NCBI GenBank assembly: GCA_023248155.1
Contig: JAHFFE010000001.1
Span: forward strand, 212,873-276,872
DNA length: 64,000 nt
Reading direction: 5' to 3'
DNA from: Candidatus Omnitrophota bacterium
Lineage (GTDB): Bacteria; Omnitrophota; Gorgyraeia; 1-14-0-20-64-10
Shown: positions 27,958-36,918 of the stretch, piece by piece
How positions within the stretch are numbered: position 1 is the stretch's first letter
How the letters are laid out: each line of letters starts with the position of its first letter
The notes under the pieces: generated by a model
Told to the model about the DNA's origin: nothing
Databases searched by the model: none
Seen by the model: only the letters and a program-made list of their open reading frames with translations
Translations under genes and position numbers: made by a program

Positions 27958-29274
27958 GTGGTACAGCCTACCTTGGAAGAGACAAAAGAAATGGGAAAAA
28001 TTACCGTTAACGGACAGTCGCTTGATTTACCGGTGATTACCGGTTCTGAGAACGAACAGGCAGTTGATATTTCGAAATTGCGCGGGAAGACCGGTTTCAT
28101 TACGATGGATCCGGGTCTGGGCAACAGCGGTTCCTGCACCAGCGCCATCACCTTTCTCGACGGCGAGCGCGGAATTTTGCGCTACCGCGGTTATTCCATC
28201 GAGCAGTTGGCCGAGTCGGCCACCTACACTGAAGTAGCCTACCTTTTGATTTACGGCGAACTGCCGAGCAAGACTCAGCTGGATACCTTTTCGAAAAAAC
28301 TGTCCGCGCATCAGGAACTTCCGGCCGGACTGGAGAAAATTTTTGACGCACTGCCGGCCGGTATTCACCCGATGGCCGCGCTGTCGATCGTCACGGAGTC
28401 GCTGTCCGGTTTTTATCCGAAGCTGACGAACCCGGCTCTCTCCAAAGAGGAGATGGACGAGGTCATCGTCACGTTGATGGGTATTTTCCCGGCGCTGACG
28501 GCCGCCTGCTACCGCAAATCAAAGGGACTGCCGCTGATCGCGCCGCGCAAAGATCTTTCTTATGGCGCCAACTATCTGACGATGGCGTTCGGCCTGCCGG
28601 CCGGAAAGAATGCGCCGGATGAAGTGATGGTCCAGGCGTTCCGCCAATTATTGATTTTGCATGCCGATCATGAGCAGAACTGCAGCACCTCGACGGTGCG
28701 CGTGGTCGGTTCCAGCCGCGCCAACGGGTTCGCCTCGGTCGCATCGGGCATCAACGCGCTCTGGGGGCCGCTGCATGGCGGCGCCAACCAGGCTGTCATC
28801 GAAATGCTTGAGCAGATTCAGAAATCCGGCGGCGAATTTTCAAAATATTTGGCGATGGCCAAGGATAAAAATTCCACGTTCCGCCTCATGGGCTTCGGCC
28901 ACCGCGTTTACAAAAATTTCGATCCGCGCTCACGCATTATCAAGGTTGCCTGCGACAAAGTGCTTGCCAAGATGGGCATTAAAGATCCGACGCTCGATCT
29001 GGCCAAACAGTTGGAAGCAGCCGCGCTGGCAGATGATTATTTCGTCGCGCGCAAGCTTTACCCGAATGTCGATTTCTACAGCGGCATCATTTTGCGCGCG
29101 CTGGGAATTCCGACCGAGCAGTTCACCGTGATCTTCGCGCTGGGCCGCCTGTCGGGCTGGCTCGCGCACTGGAAAGAAATGCTGGAATCTCCGGAGTTTC
29201 GTATTGTCCGGCCGCGCCAGATCTACACCGGTTCGACCGAGCGGCCGTTTGTTCCGCTGGCCGCGCGCGGATAA
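27958..29274 (+). CDS. gltA: Citrate synthase
   Basis: Active-site region MGFGHRVYKNFDPR; HADHEQN; full-length ~438 aa; GTG start. Confidence 0.93.
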   Translation: MVQPTLEETKEMGKITVNGQSLDLPVITGSENEQAVDISKLRGKTGFITMDPGLGNSGSCTSAITFLDGERGILRYRGYSIEQLAESATYTEVAYLLIYGELPSKTQLDTFSKKLSAHQELPAGLEKIFDALPAGIHPMAALSIVTESLSGFYPKLTNPALSKEEMDEVIVTLMGIFPALTAACYRKSKGLPLIAPRKDLSYGANYLTMAFGLPAGKNAPDEVMVQAFRQLLILHADHEQNCSTSTVRVVGSSRANGFASVASGINALWGPLHGGANQAVIEMLEQIQKSGGEFSKYLAMAKDKNSTFRLMGFGHRVYKNFDPRSRIIKVACDKVLAKMGIKDPTLDLAKQLEAAALADDYFVARKLYPNVDFYSGIILRALGIPTEQFTVIFALGRLSGWLAHWKEMLESPEFRIVRPRQIYTGSTERPFVPLAARG

Positions 29275-29295
29275 CCCCCCTCGCCGTATAAAACG

Positions 29296-30237
29296 ATGCG
29301 TCGAAAAGTAGCGATTATCGGGGCGGGGAATGTGGGGGCCACTTGCGCGCAGCGGATCATTGAGCGCGGGTTGGCCGATGTGGCGCTGGTCGATGTCGTC
29401 GACGGCGTTGCCGCCGGCAAAGCGCTCGATCTTTCCGAAGCGGCTCCGCTCGAAGGGCACGACTGCCGCATCACCGGTTCCACAAATTACGATAGTATCC
29501 GCGGCGCGCAAGTAGTGGTAGTTACCGCCGGCATGGCGCGCAAGCCGGGCATGTCCCGCAGCGACCTGTTGGAAGCCAACGCGAAAATCGTCGGCTCAAT
29601 CATTCCGCAAGTCACCGCCAATTGTCCCAACGCTGTTTTAGTGACCGTCACCAATCCGCTCGATACGATGACCTATCTGGCTTTCAAAATGAGCGGCTGG
29701 CCGAAGGAACGGGTGATTGGTATGGCCGGCGTGCTCGACTCGGCTCGTCTGCGTTTTTTCGTGGCGGAAAAATTAAATGTTTCGGTGCAGGATGTCGACG
29801 CGCTGGTGTTGGGCGGCCACGGCGACAGCATGGTTCCTCTGCCGCGCTACACGACAATCAACGGTGTTCCGATCACCGAATTTTTACCGGCCGATCAGAT
29901 TGAGCAGATCATGCAGCGGACCCGCGACGGCGGCGCTGAAGTAGTCAAATTACTCAAGACCGGCAGCGCTTTTTATGCGCCGGCCAGTTCCACGGCCGAC
30001 ATGGTCCAATCAATTTTAAATGACGAGCACCGGTTGCTGCCGGCCTGCGTCTGGCTGACCGGCCAGTACGGTTTGAATGAAGTTTTTTGCGGCGTGCCGG
30101 TCCGGTTGGGCGCGTCGGGCATCGAGCAAATCGTCGAAGTGACTGTGACGGCCGATGAAAAGAAAGCGCTGCACACTTCCGCAGAAGCAGTCCGGCAGGA
30201 CATGAAGTTGGTTGACGCCCTGCTCGCGAAATCATGA
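29296..30237 (+). CDS. mdh: Malate dehydrogenase (LDH-like NAD-dependent)
   Basis: KVAIIGAGNVGATCA Rossmann motif; TNPLDTMTY; GGHGDSMVPL. Confidence 0.9.
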   Translation: MRRKVAIIGAGNVGATCAQRIIERGLADVALVDVVDGVAAGKALDLSEAAPLEGHDCRITGSTNYDSIRGAQVVVVTAGMARKPGMSRSDLLEANAKIVGSIIPQVTANCPNAVLVTVTNPLDTMTYLAFKMSGWPKERVIGMAGVLDSARLRFFVAEKLNVSVQDVDALVLGGHGDSMVPLPRYTTINGVPITEFLPADQIEQIMQRTRDGGAEVVKLLKTGSAFYAPASSTADMVQSILNDEHRLLPACVWLTGQYGLNEVFCGVPVRLGASGIEQIVEVTVTADEKKALHTSAEAVRQDMKLVDALLAKS

Positions 30238-31397
30238 AACTCCTCGAATACCAGGCCAAAAAACTTTTTGCTGAATGGGGCGTTACTGTTGCCGGCGGCA
30301 AAGTGATCACAAAAGCTTCCCAATTGTCAGCCGCCATCAAACAGTGCGGCGGTAAATATCCGGTCGTCGTCAAGGCGCAGGTTTATGCCGGCGGCCGCGG
30401 CAAAGCCGGCGGCGTGGTGCTTGCCAAAAATCTTTCTGAGGCCAAAGCTGCTGTTAAACGATTGCTGGGCAATCGGCTCGTAACGATCCAGAGCGGCAAA
30501 GACGGCGTTCCGGTCAAGGCGCTGCTGATCGACCCGGGCGTGACGCTGCTTAAAGAATATTACCTCAGCATTTTAATCGAGCGCTCAAAACAGCTGCCGA
30601 TCATCGTCGCTTCCAAAGAGGGCGGCGTGGCGATTGAAGAGCTGGCCAAAACCAACCCCGACGCGATTTTAAAAACGCCGTTTGATCCGTTGATGGGCCT
30701 TTTAACTCACGAGGCGCGCGCGATCGCGAAATGGCTCGAGATTCCGGCCGCCCACCGCGAAACAGCCGTCAAACAACTGAAAGCGCTGGCCAAAGGATTT
30801 TTCGCGACCGACGCGTCGTTGGTGGAAGTCAACCCCTGGGCGCTGACCAAAGAAAAAGGAATGCTCGCGCTCGACGGCAAGGTGACGTTTGACGACAGCG
30901 CGCTGTTTAAATATCCGCAGTGGGACAAATTAAAGACGGCCGATGCCGACGGTCCGAGCGAAGCGAAATCGCGCGAGATCGGAATTAATTATGTGGCGCT
31001 CGACGGCACGATCGGCTGCATGGTCAACGGCGCCGGTCTGGCGATGGCGACGATGGATGTGATCAAACTGCACGGCGGCGAACCGGCCAACTTTCTGGAT
31101 GTCGGCGGCGGCGCCGGCGTCGATCAGGTCCGCGAAGCGTTCAAGCTGATCATCGCCGATAAAAAAGTAAAAGCGATTTTAGTGAATATCTTCGGCGGCA
31201 TCATGAAATGCGATGTGATCGCGCAGGGTGTGATTGAAGCGACCAAGAGCGTCAAGATCAAGATGCCGCTGGTGGTGCGCCTCGAAGGGACCAATGTCGA
31301 CCTGGGCCGGAAAATGCTCGATGAGTCGGGCCTTGGATTTTTAACGGCCAAAACAATGGATGAAGCCGCCTCGAAAGCGGTTCAGGCCGCCCGATGA
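30234..31397 (+). CDS. sucC: Succinate--CoA ligase [ADP-forming] beta subunit
   Basis: [22 protein letters not shown]-grasp N-terminus; [15 protein letters not shown]. Confidence 0.93.
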   Translation: MKLLEYQAKKLFAEWGVTVAGGKVITKASQLSAAIKQCGGKYPVVVKAQVYAGGRGKAGGVVLAKNLSEAKAAVKRLLGNRLVTIQSGKDGVPVKALLIDPGVTLLKEYYLSILIERSKQLPIIVASKEGGVAIEELAKTNPDAILKTPFDPLMGLLTHEARAIAKWLEIPAAHRETAVKQLKALAKGFFATDASLVEVNPWALTKEKGMLALDGKVTFDDSALFKYPQWDKLKTADADGPSEAKSREIGINYVALDGTIGCMVNGAGLAMATMDVIKLHGGEPANFLDVGGGAGVDQVREAFKLIIADKKVKAILVNIFGGIMKCDVIAQGVIEATKSVKIKMPLVVRLEGTNVDLGRKMLDESGLGFLTAKTMDEAASKAVQAAR

Positions 31398-32299
31398 GTA
31401 TTCTTTTAAGCAATAAAACCAAAGTGATTGTGCAGGGTATTACCGGCAAGGCCGGATCGTTCCACGCGTCGCAGATGAAAGCATACGGCACGCGCGTAGT
31501 CGGCGGCGTAACGCCGGGCCGCGGCGGCGAAAAATGGGAAGGGCTTCCGGTTTTTGACACGGTGGCCGAAGCGGTTGCCGCGACCGGCGCCGATGCCACT
31601 GGTATTTTTGTTCCGGCTCCATTCGGCGCCGACGCGGTGCTGGAAGCGATTGATGCCGGACTAGCGCTGATCGTCGTAATTACTGAGGGAATCCCTGTTC
31701 AGGAAATGCTGAAGGTGAAGGCCTATCTGCGCAACCGCGTCAATGCCGGCCTGAAAAATCCGGCGATTATCGGCCCCAACGGACCGGGCTTGATTACGCC
31801 GGGCCAGGCCAAGATCGGGATCATGCCGGGCTACATCCATAAACCGGGATCAATCGGACTGATTTCTCGTTCAGGCACGCTGACCTACGAAGCGGTCTGG
31901 CAGTTGACCCAGCTGGGTCTGGGGCAGACCACCTGCGTCGGCATCGGCGGCGATCCTTTGCCGGGCACAGGATTTATTGAAACGCTTCAATGGTTCCAGA
32001 ACGATCCCGATACGAAAGCGATTGTAATGATCGGCGAAATCGGCGGATCGGCCGAGGAAGAAGCCGCCCAGTTTATTTCTAAAAATCTGACCAAGCCGGT
32101 TGTTGGATTCATCGCCGGCGCGACGGCTCCCGCTGAGAAACGAATGGGCCACGCCGGCGCAGTGATTTCGCAGGGGCAAGGCACGCATGAATCCAAAATT
32201 AAGGCGCTGAAAGCAGCCGGTGTTTTCATCGCGCAAAGTCCCTCCGCCATCGGTGATACGATGGTCCGCGCGCTGCGCGACCGCGGCGTCAAACCTTAA
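31394..32299 (+). CDS. sucD: Succinate--CoA ligase alpha subunit
   Basis: [15 protein letters not shown]; SRSGTLTYE; active-site His region GHAGA. Confidence 0.93.
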   Translation: MSILLSNKTKVIVQGITGKAGSFHASQMKAYGTRVVGGVTPGRGGEKWEGLPVFDTVAEAVAATGADATGIFVPAPFGADAVLEAIDAGLALIVVITEGIPVQEMLKVKAYLRNRVNAGLKNPAIIGPNGPGLITPGQAKIGIMPGYIHKPGSIGLISRSGTLTYEAVWQLTQLGLGQTTCVGIGGDPLPGTGFIETLQWFQNDPDTKAIVMIGEIGGSAEEEAAQFISKNLTKPVVGFIAGATAPAEKRMGHAGAVISQGQGTHESKIKALKAAGVFIAQSPSAIGDTMVRALRDRGVKP

Positions 32300-32332
32300 A
32301 AAATCCTTCCTGTTAGCGCTTCCTTTTTTGTG

Positions 32333-32338
32333 TATACT
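32333..32338 (+). promoter_or_regulatory. GTATACT -10-like element upstream of the first gene of the fibre cluster
   Basis: TGTATACT 32331-32338, 36 nt before ATG 32375, SD GGAGG in between. Confidence 0.35.
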
Positions 32339-32374
32339 TATTTTTAGGGGGTCACTTTCTCACGGAGGTGTCTC

Positions 32375-34069
32375 ATGAAGCACAGTGTCGTTATTCCTCT
32401 GCTTGTCCTTGGAATTTTCGCCAACTATGCCTGGGCGGAAACCATCGAACTGGTCACTTATTATCCGACATCATCGAATGCCGGCGATCAACATCTCACT
32501 AGTTTAACCGTCGGCAATGCTTATCTAAACACGACACTGGCCGCCGGGCAGGCCTTGATCCAGGCCAGTTTGGGGATTGGTCCCGGGTTTGCGAATAACG
32601 AGCCGGCGGCTCCGACGATGCTGCAAGTGCAGGGTGTCGATGCTCAGGATTCAACAGCTCTATTTTTACCCGGCGCTGGAGGAACGATGAGCGTGGGGAT
32701 TGGCACAACGCCGGTTCTTGGAAGCGCTCTGGATGTTACCGGCGGAGACTTGTTTGTCCGGCAGACGGCCGGATCTGGAAACCATGTTCGGATCCGGGCT
32801 CCCTCCGATGCGAATACGGCCATTGAACTGCGCTCGGAAACGGCCGGCGGAAATCCGTACATTGATTTTGCTAATGACGCGGCAACCGATTTTGATATGC
32901 GCATTCAGTTAACCGGCAACGATGAGTTGCGCATTGACGGCGGGGCTCTTCAGGTGCGTCGGGAAGGGGGAGTCGATCAAACCGGCCAGCTGGCCCGGTA
33001 CACAAATGACGCGCAGCCGACCTCGCTATCTCTGCTGAAGGGCAGGAACACAGCAGCGGTCCCTTTCCGTCCTTCCCTTAATGATGGGTTGGGAATGATT
33101 CGTTTTCAGGGGGTTAATGTGGTTGGGCAGAATTATGACGGGGCCACGATTCAGGCTATTGCGTCGGCGAACTGGACCAATGCATCCGCGCCGGCCGATA
33201 TGGTTTTTTCCACCACGCCGTCTGGCGCCAACGGATCCGCGGAACGGATGCGGATTACGGATGACGGCCGAGTTTTGATTGGAACAACGGTTGTTCCCCC
33301 GACCGCGCCGACTACGCTGCTTGTGGCCCGGCGCGATGCCGATGAAATGGTGATGATGCGTGTCGAAAATCAGAATAATTCCGCGAACGCCGCCGCCCGC
33401 GTGTTTGCGGTTTCCCAGCAGGCCGCCACGCCAATCTCAATTGGAATGGATGCCTTCTCCCAGAATTTTAACACGACCACTTCATTAGGTGCTGCTGTTC
33501 CTGGGAATACGCTAATTGCTACCTTTGCCACTTTTGGGGCGATGGCTGCCAACCTGGGCAACCTGTTTATCGCGTCACGCGGACCCAACCAACGGATTGC
33601 ATTCCATACAGGAAATCTTGCTGTTGATGCGACCACCGAACGAATGCGGATTACCAACACCGGTCTTGTCGGGATTAATATCACAAATCCTACCTTCCGT
33701 TTACAATTACCCAACCTCGCTGTTGATTCAACGGGGCGCGGGCGCGCGAACGCATGGACAACCTACTCCTCCATTCGATGGAAAGAAAACATTACCTCAA
33801 TTGACCACCCCCTGGATAAGATTCAGGAACTTCGCGGTGTTTATTTTAATTGGAAAAAAGAACAAGGAGGCGTCCGGGATATTGGATTAATTGCCGAAGA
33901 AGTTGGCAAAATAATTCCGGAGGTTGTTTCTTATGAAGAGAACGGTAAAGATGCCAGTGGTATTACCTATGACCGATTGGTGGCTCTTTTAGTAGAGGGA
34001 ATCAAAGAGCTCAAGGTTGAGAATGATGCACTGAAGAAAAGAATTGATGATTTGGAGAAAAAATCATGA
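32375..34069 (+). CDS. Secreted fibre-like protein, paralog family (type-A N-term) with C-terminal intramolecular-chaperone (peptidase S74, endosialidase-chaperone-like) domain
   Basis: Signal peptide + AETIELVTYYPTS; C-terminus SSIRWKENITSIDHPLDKIQELRGVYFNWKKEQ...IGLIAEEV...YDRLVALLVEGIKELK...coiled coil matches the IMC/S74 domain of phage tail spikes. Confidence 0.85.
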   Translation: MKHSVVIPLLVLGIFANYAWAETIELVTYYPTSSNAGDQHLTSLTVGNAYLNTTLAAGQALIQASLGIGPGFANNEPAAPTMLQVQGVDAQDSTALFLPGAGGTMSVGIGTTPVLGSALDVTGGDLFVRQTAGSGNHVRIRAPSDANTAIELRSETAGGNPYIDFANDAATDFDMRIQLTGNDELRIDGGALQVRREGGVDQTGQLARYTNDAQPTSLSLLKGRNTAAVPFRPSLNDGLGMIRFQGVNVVGQNYDGATIQAIASANWTNASAPADMVFSTTPSGANGSAERMRITDDGRVLIGTTVVPPTAPTTLLVARRDADEMVMMRVENQNNSANAAARVFAVSQQAATPISIGMDAFSQNFNTTTSLGAAVPGNTLIATFATFGAMAANLGNLFIASRGPNQRIAFHTGNLAVDATTERMRITNTGLVGINITNPTFRLQLPNLAVDSTGRGRANAWTTYSSIRWKENITSIDHPLDKIQELRGVYFNWKKEQGGVRDIGLIAEEVGKIIPEVVSYEENGKDASGITYDRLVALLVEGIKELKVENDALKKRIDDLEKKS

Positions 34070-35433
34070 AGCGCGCAATTTTGTTGTTCACCGTTTTAGG
34101 GCTTGTTTCTAGTATCGCCTGGGCGGAAACCACAGAAATTGTTACCTATTATCCGACTACCGGCGGTAATAACGAACATTTAAACGATTTAACGGTAGGG
34201 CCGGGCTTTTTGGGAGAAAACCCCGACCCTGGCGAAGTGCTGATTGAAACGCGGCTTGGAATCGGAACTAATAATCCGCAGGAACAGATTCAGATCACGG
34301 GCAATTTAAGGCTTCCTGCCACCACCGCCGCGGGAGGTGTTCCTTCCGGCGGTGTTATTTTTTCTAATACAAACAGGTTTATTCACAATTTTGGGAGCGG
34401 CAATTTTTTCGCGGGGACCAACGCAGGCAATTTCACGCTGACGGGTTCTTCGAATGTTGGGATAGGCACTAACGCGATGCAGAGCCTGACGAACGGAATT
34501 CAGAATGTCGCCGTGGGACCTCGCGCCATGGAGAGCACGACCAGCGGGCAGAGGAATTCCGCGTTTGGCATGGAGAGTCTGAATAATAATACGACGGGCG
34601 GTTTGAACACAGCGCTGGGGCATAATACGCTTTTTTTTAATCAGACCGGATTTGATAACACCGCGGTAGGCTATCAGGCTTTGCTGAACACGACGGGCAG
34701 CGATAACGTGGCGGTGGGCCAAAACGCCGGATCGAATTTGTTGGCGAACGCGAACACGACCGGGTCGGGCAATACGTTTATAGGGACCCGATCGGGTTCC
34801 GGGGTGGCCGCGCAATTAACCAACGCGACCGCGCTTGGATTTGAAGCATTGGTCTCGGCCAGCAACGCGCTGGTGCTGGGCGGAACAGGCGCCAACGCGG
34901 TCAATGTGGGGATTGGCACGGAAACGCCGGCTCAGCGGCTTCATGTCGTGGGAACCGTGCAAATCGTAGATGGGACCCAGGCGAACGGAAGAGTGCTAAC
35001 CTCTGACGCCAACGGCGTAGCCAGCTGGCAGGCAGCCACTTCAGTGCCTGTTATCGCAAATCCTACATTGGCCGCACCGGTCTGGGTTCGGGTCGGGAAT
35101 AATATCCTTTTCGGGAACCAGGATCATGAATTCATGACCCGGTTCACGTTTGCCACCGCGGGAGGTGTCCGCCGCGTGCGGCTTACGGTGACGGCTCGAA
35201 ATGCCAACGATCAGCCGCCTGTCGGTACCGTCTTTAATCTGAATTCGCCCACATTCAGGGACGGTTGGGGTGGAAATAACGCGGGACCAGGAGGAGGGTA
35301 TACTCTCAACTGGATTCAGTTTTACACCCAAAATCCAGGAAACGGAAATCAGTTAACCGTCGTCGCTTTTGGAGAGGATGGCAGCAGTGGCTTTGGATCG
35401 ATTAATGCAAACGTTGATGTTTCGTATCAGTAA
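34066..35433 (+). CDS. Secreted fibre-like protein, paralog family (type-B N-term)
   Basis: MKRAILLFTVLGLVSSIAWA|ETTEIVTYYPTTGGNNEHLNDLTVGPGFLGENP...; NTAVG/NTTG repeats; start overlaps the upstream stop (ATGA). Confidence 0.85.
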   Translation: MKRAILLFTVLGLVSSIAWAETTEIVTYYPTTGGNNEHLNDLTVGPGFLGENPDPGEVLIETRLGIGTNNPQEQIQITGNLRLPATTAAGGVPSGGVIFSNTNRFIHNFGSGNFFAGTNAGNFTLTGSSNVGIGTNAMQSLTNGIQNVAVGPRAMESTTSGQRNSAFGMESLNNNTTGGLNTALGHNTLFFNQTGFDNTAVGYQALLNTTGSDNVAVGQNAGSNLLANANTTGSGNTFIGTRSGSGVAAQLTNATALGFEALVSASNALVLGGTGANAVNVGIGTETPAQRLHVVGTVQIVDGTQANGRVLTSDANGVASWQAATSVPVIANPTLAAPVWVRVGNNILFGNQDHEFMTRFTFATAGGVRRVRLTVTARNANDQPPVGTVFNLNSPTFRDGWGGNNAGPGGGYTLNWIQFYTQNPGNGNQLTVVAFGEDGSSGFGSINANVDVSYQ

Positions 35434-35500
35434 ATAAACGGAATTATTCGATTTGACCAGCGAAAATATATTTTTAGGCATGAAAGGTGAGTAGATTAAA

Positions 35501-36886
35501 GTGAAAGAATTATGGTTGTTTCTGGGTATATTTGGATTACTAATCAGCTCCGTTTGGGCGGAAACCACAGAAATTGTTACCTATTATCCAACCTCTGGCA
35601 GCAACGAACATGCCACCAGTTTGACGGTTGGTAATGATTATCTGAATACCGTGCTGGCCGACGGTCAGGCGTTGATTCAAACCAGTTTGGGGATTGGGAC
35701 CGGGTTTGGAGGTGGTGCGGGTAATTTGCTGGAGGTGCGTGGCGTTTCTGGGGTTACCAGTAATGCTCTGTTTTTAGCAGGCACGGGTATCGGCTCGAAC
35801 ATCCGGGTTGGGATCGGGGTTGCGGTTCCGAATGAGCAGCTGGAGATCTCCGGCAATTTTCGGCTTCCTCCGACGACAGCGGCCACCGGAATTATTTTCT
35901 CGGGCGCCAACCGGTTCATCCACAATTTTGGGACCAACAACTTCTTCGCCGGTGTGAACGCGGGCAATTTCACCCTGACGGGAACTGGAAATGTGGGGAT
36001 TGGCCCGCAAACTCTCCTAAGCCTCACCAGCGGTGTTCGAAATATTGCTATCGGAACGGACGCTCTTTTATCTAATAGAAGTGGAAGTGGAAATGTCGCG
36101 ATTGGCACTGGAACCATCAGTTTTAGCACGCTCGGCAGTGACAATGTCGCTATTGGCCGCGCTGCGTTGGCAAATGTAAGTACCGTGGGCGCTCTGTCCG
36201 GACAGAACAATGTTGCTATGGGTTCCACCGCCCTTGTGTTCAATACCACCGGTTCTGAAAATGTGGCGCTTGGTTTTCAGTCCGGCGTGACGGTCACCCA
36301 GGCCAATGCCAATACGACCGGTTCCAATAATACGTTTGTTGGATTTAATGCCGGTCCTGGAACAGCAACTCAGCTGAACAATGCCACCGCCCTTGGCGCC
36401 AACGCGCTGGTTTCGGCCAGTAACGCGCTGGTGTTGGGCGGCACCGGCGCCAATGCTGTGAATGTGGGGATTGGCACGGAAACGCCGGCTCAGCGGCTTC
36501 ATGTCGTGGGAACCGTGCGGATCGTGGACGGGACCCAGGCGAACGGAAGAGTGCTAACCTCTGACGCCAACGGCGTAGCCAGCTGGCAGGCGTCCGGCGC
36601 TGCGGGATTTCCGGCTCCGGATTACGACAGTGGATGGGTTACTTCCCAAAGCCCGGGCAATACCAAGACATATACGCATAACCTTGGAACATTAGAATAC
36701 ATGGTCTATATAGAAGGAAGAACCGTTTCCGGAGATCATCCCCCAGGCACGATTCATCAAGTGAATAACCCGGGAGGGACTGACGCGTCCTGGTTGGACA
36801 GCAAGAAAACAAATTCAGTCGTTGTGATGCGTCACACGGGAGACACAGACTGGGATGAGACCAGGGTAAGATGCTGGAGATGGTAA
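35501..36886 (+). CDS. Secreted fibre-like protein, paralog family (type-A N-term)
   Basis: GTG start with SD; ...VWA|ETTEIVTYYPTSGSNEHATSLTVGNDYLNTVLADGQALIQTSLGIG; shares a ~170-bp near-identical block with 34066 (NALVLGGTGANAVNVGIGTETPAQRLHVVGTV...). Confidence 0.85.
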   Translation: MKELWLFLGIFGLLISSVWAETTEIVTYYPTSGSNEHATSLTVGNDYLNTVLADGQALIQTSLGIGTGFGGGAGNLLEVRGVSGVTSNALFLAGTGIGSNIRVGIGVAVPNEQLEISGNFRLPPTTAATGIIFSGANRFIHNFGTNNFFAGVNAGNFTLTGTGNVGIGPQTLLSLTSGVRNIAIGTDALLSNRSGSGNVAIGTGTISFSTLGSDNVAIGRAALANVSTVGALSGQNNVAMGSTALVFNTTGSENVALGFQSGVTVTQANANTTGSNNTFVGFNAGPGTATQLNNATALGANALVSASNALVLGGTGANAVNVGIGTETPAQRLHVVGTVRIVDGTQANGRVLTSDANGVASWQASGAAGFPAPDYDSGWVTSQSPGNTKTYTHNLGTLEYMVYIEGRTVSGDHPPGTIHQVNNPGGTDASWLDSKKTNSVVVMRHTGDTDWDETRVRCWRW

Positions 36887-36918
36887 CCTCGACCGTGATC
36901 GGGATGCCGAAGTAGCGA

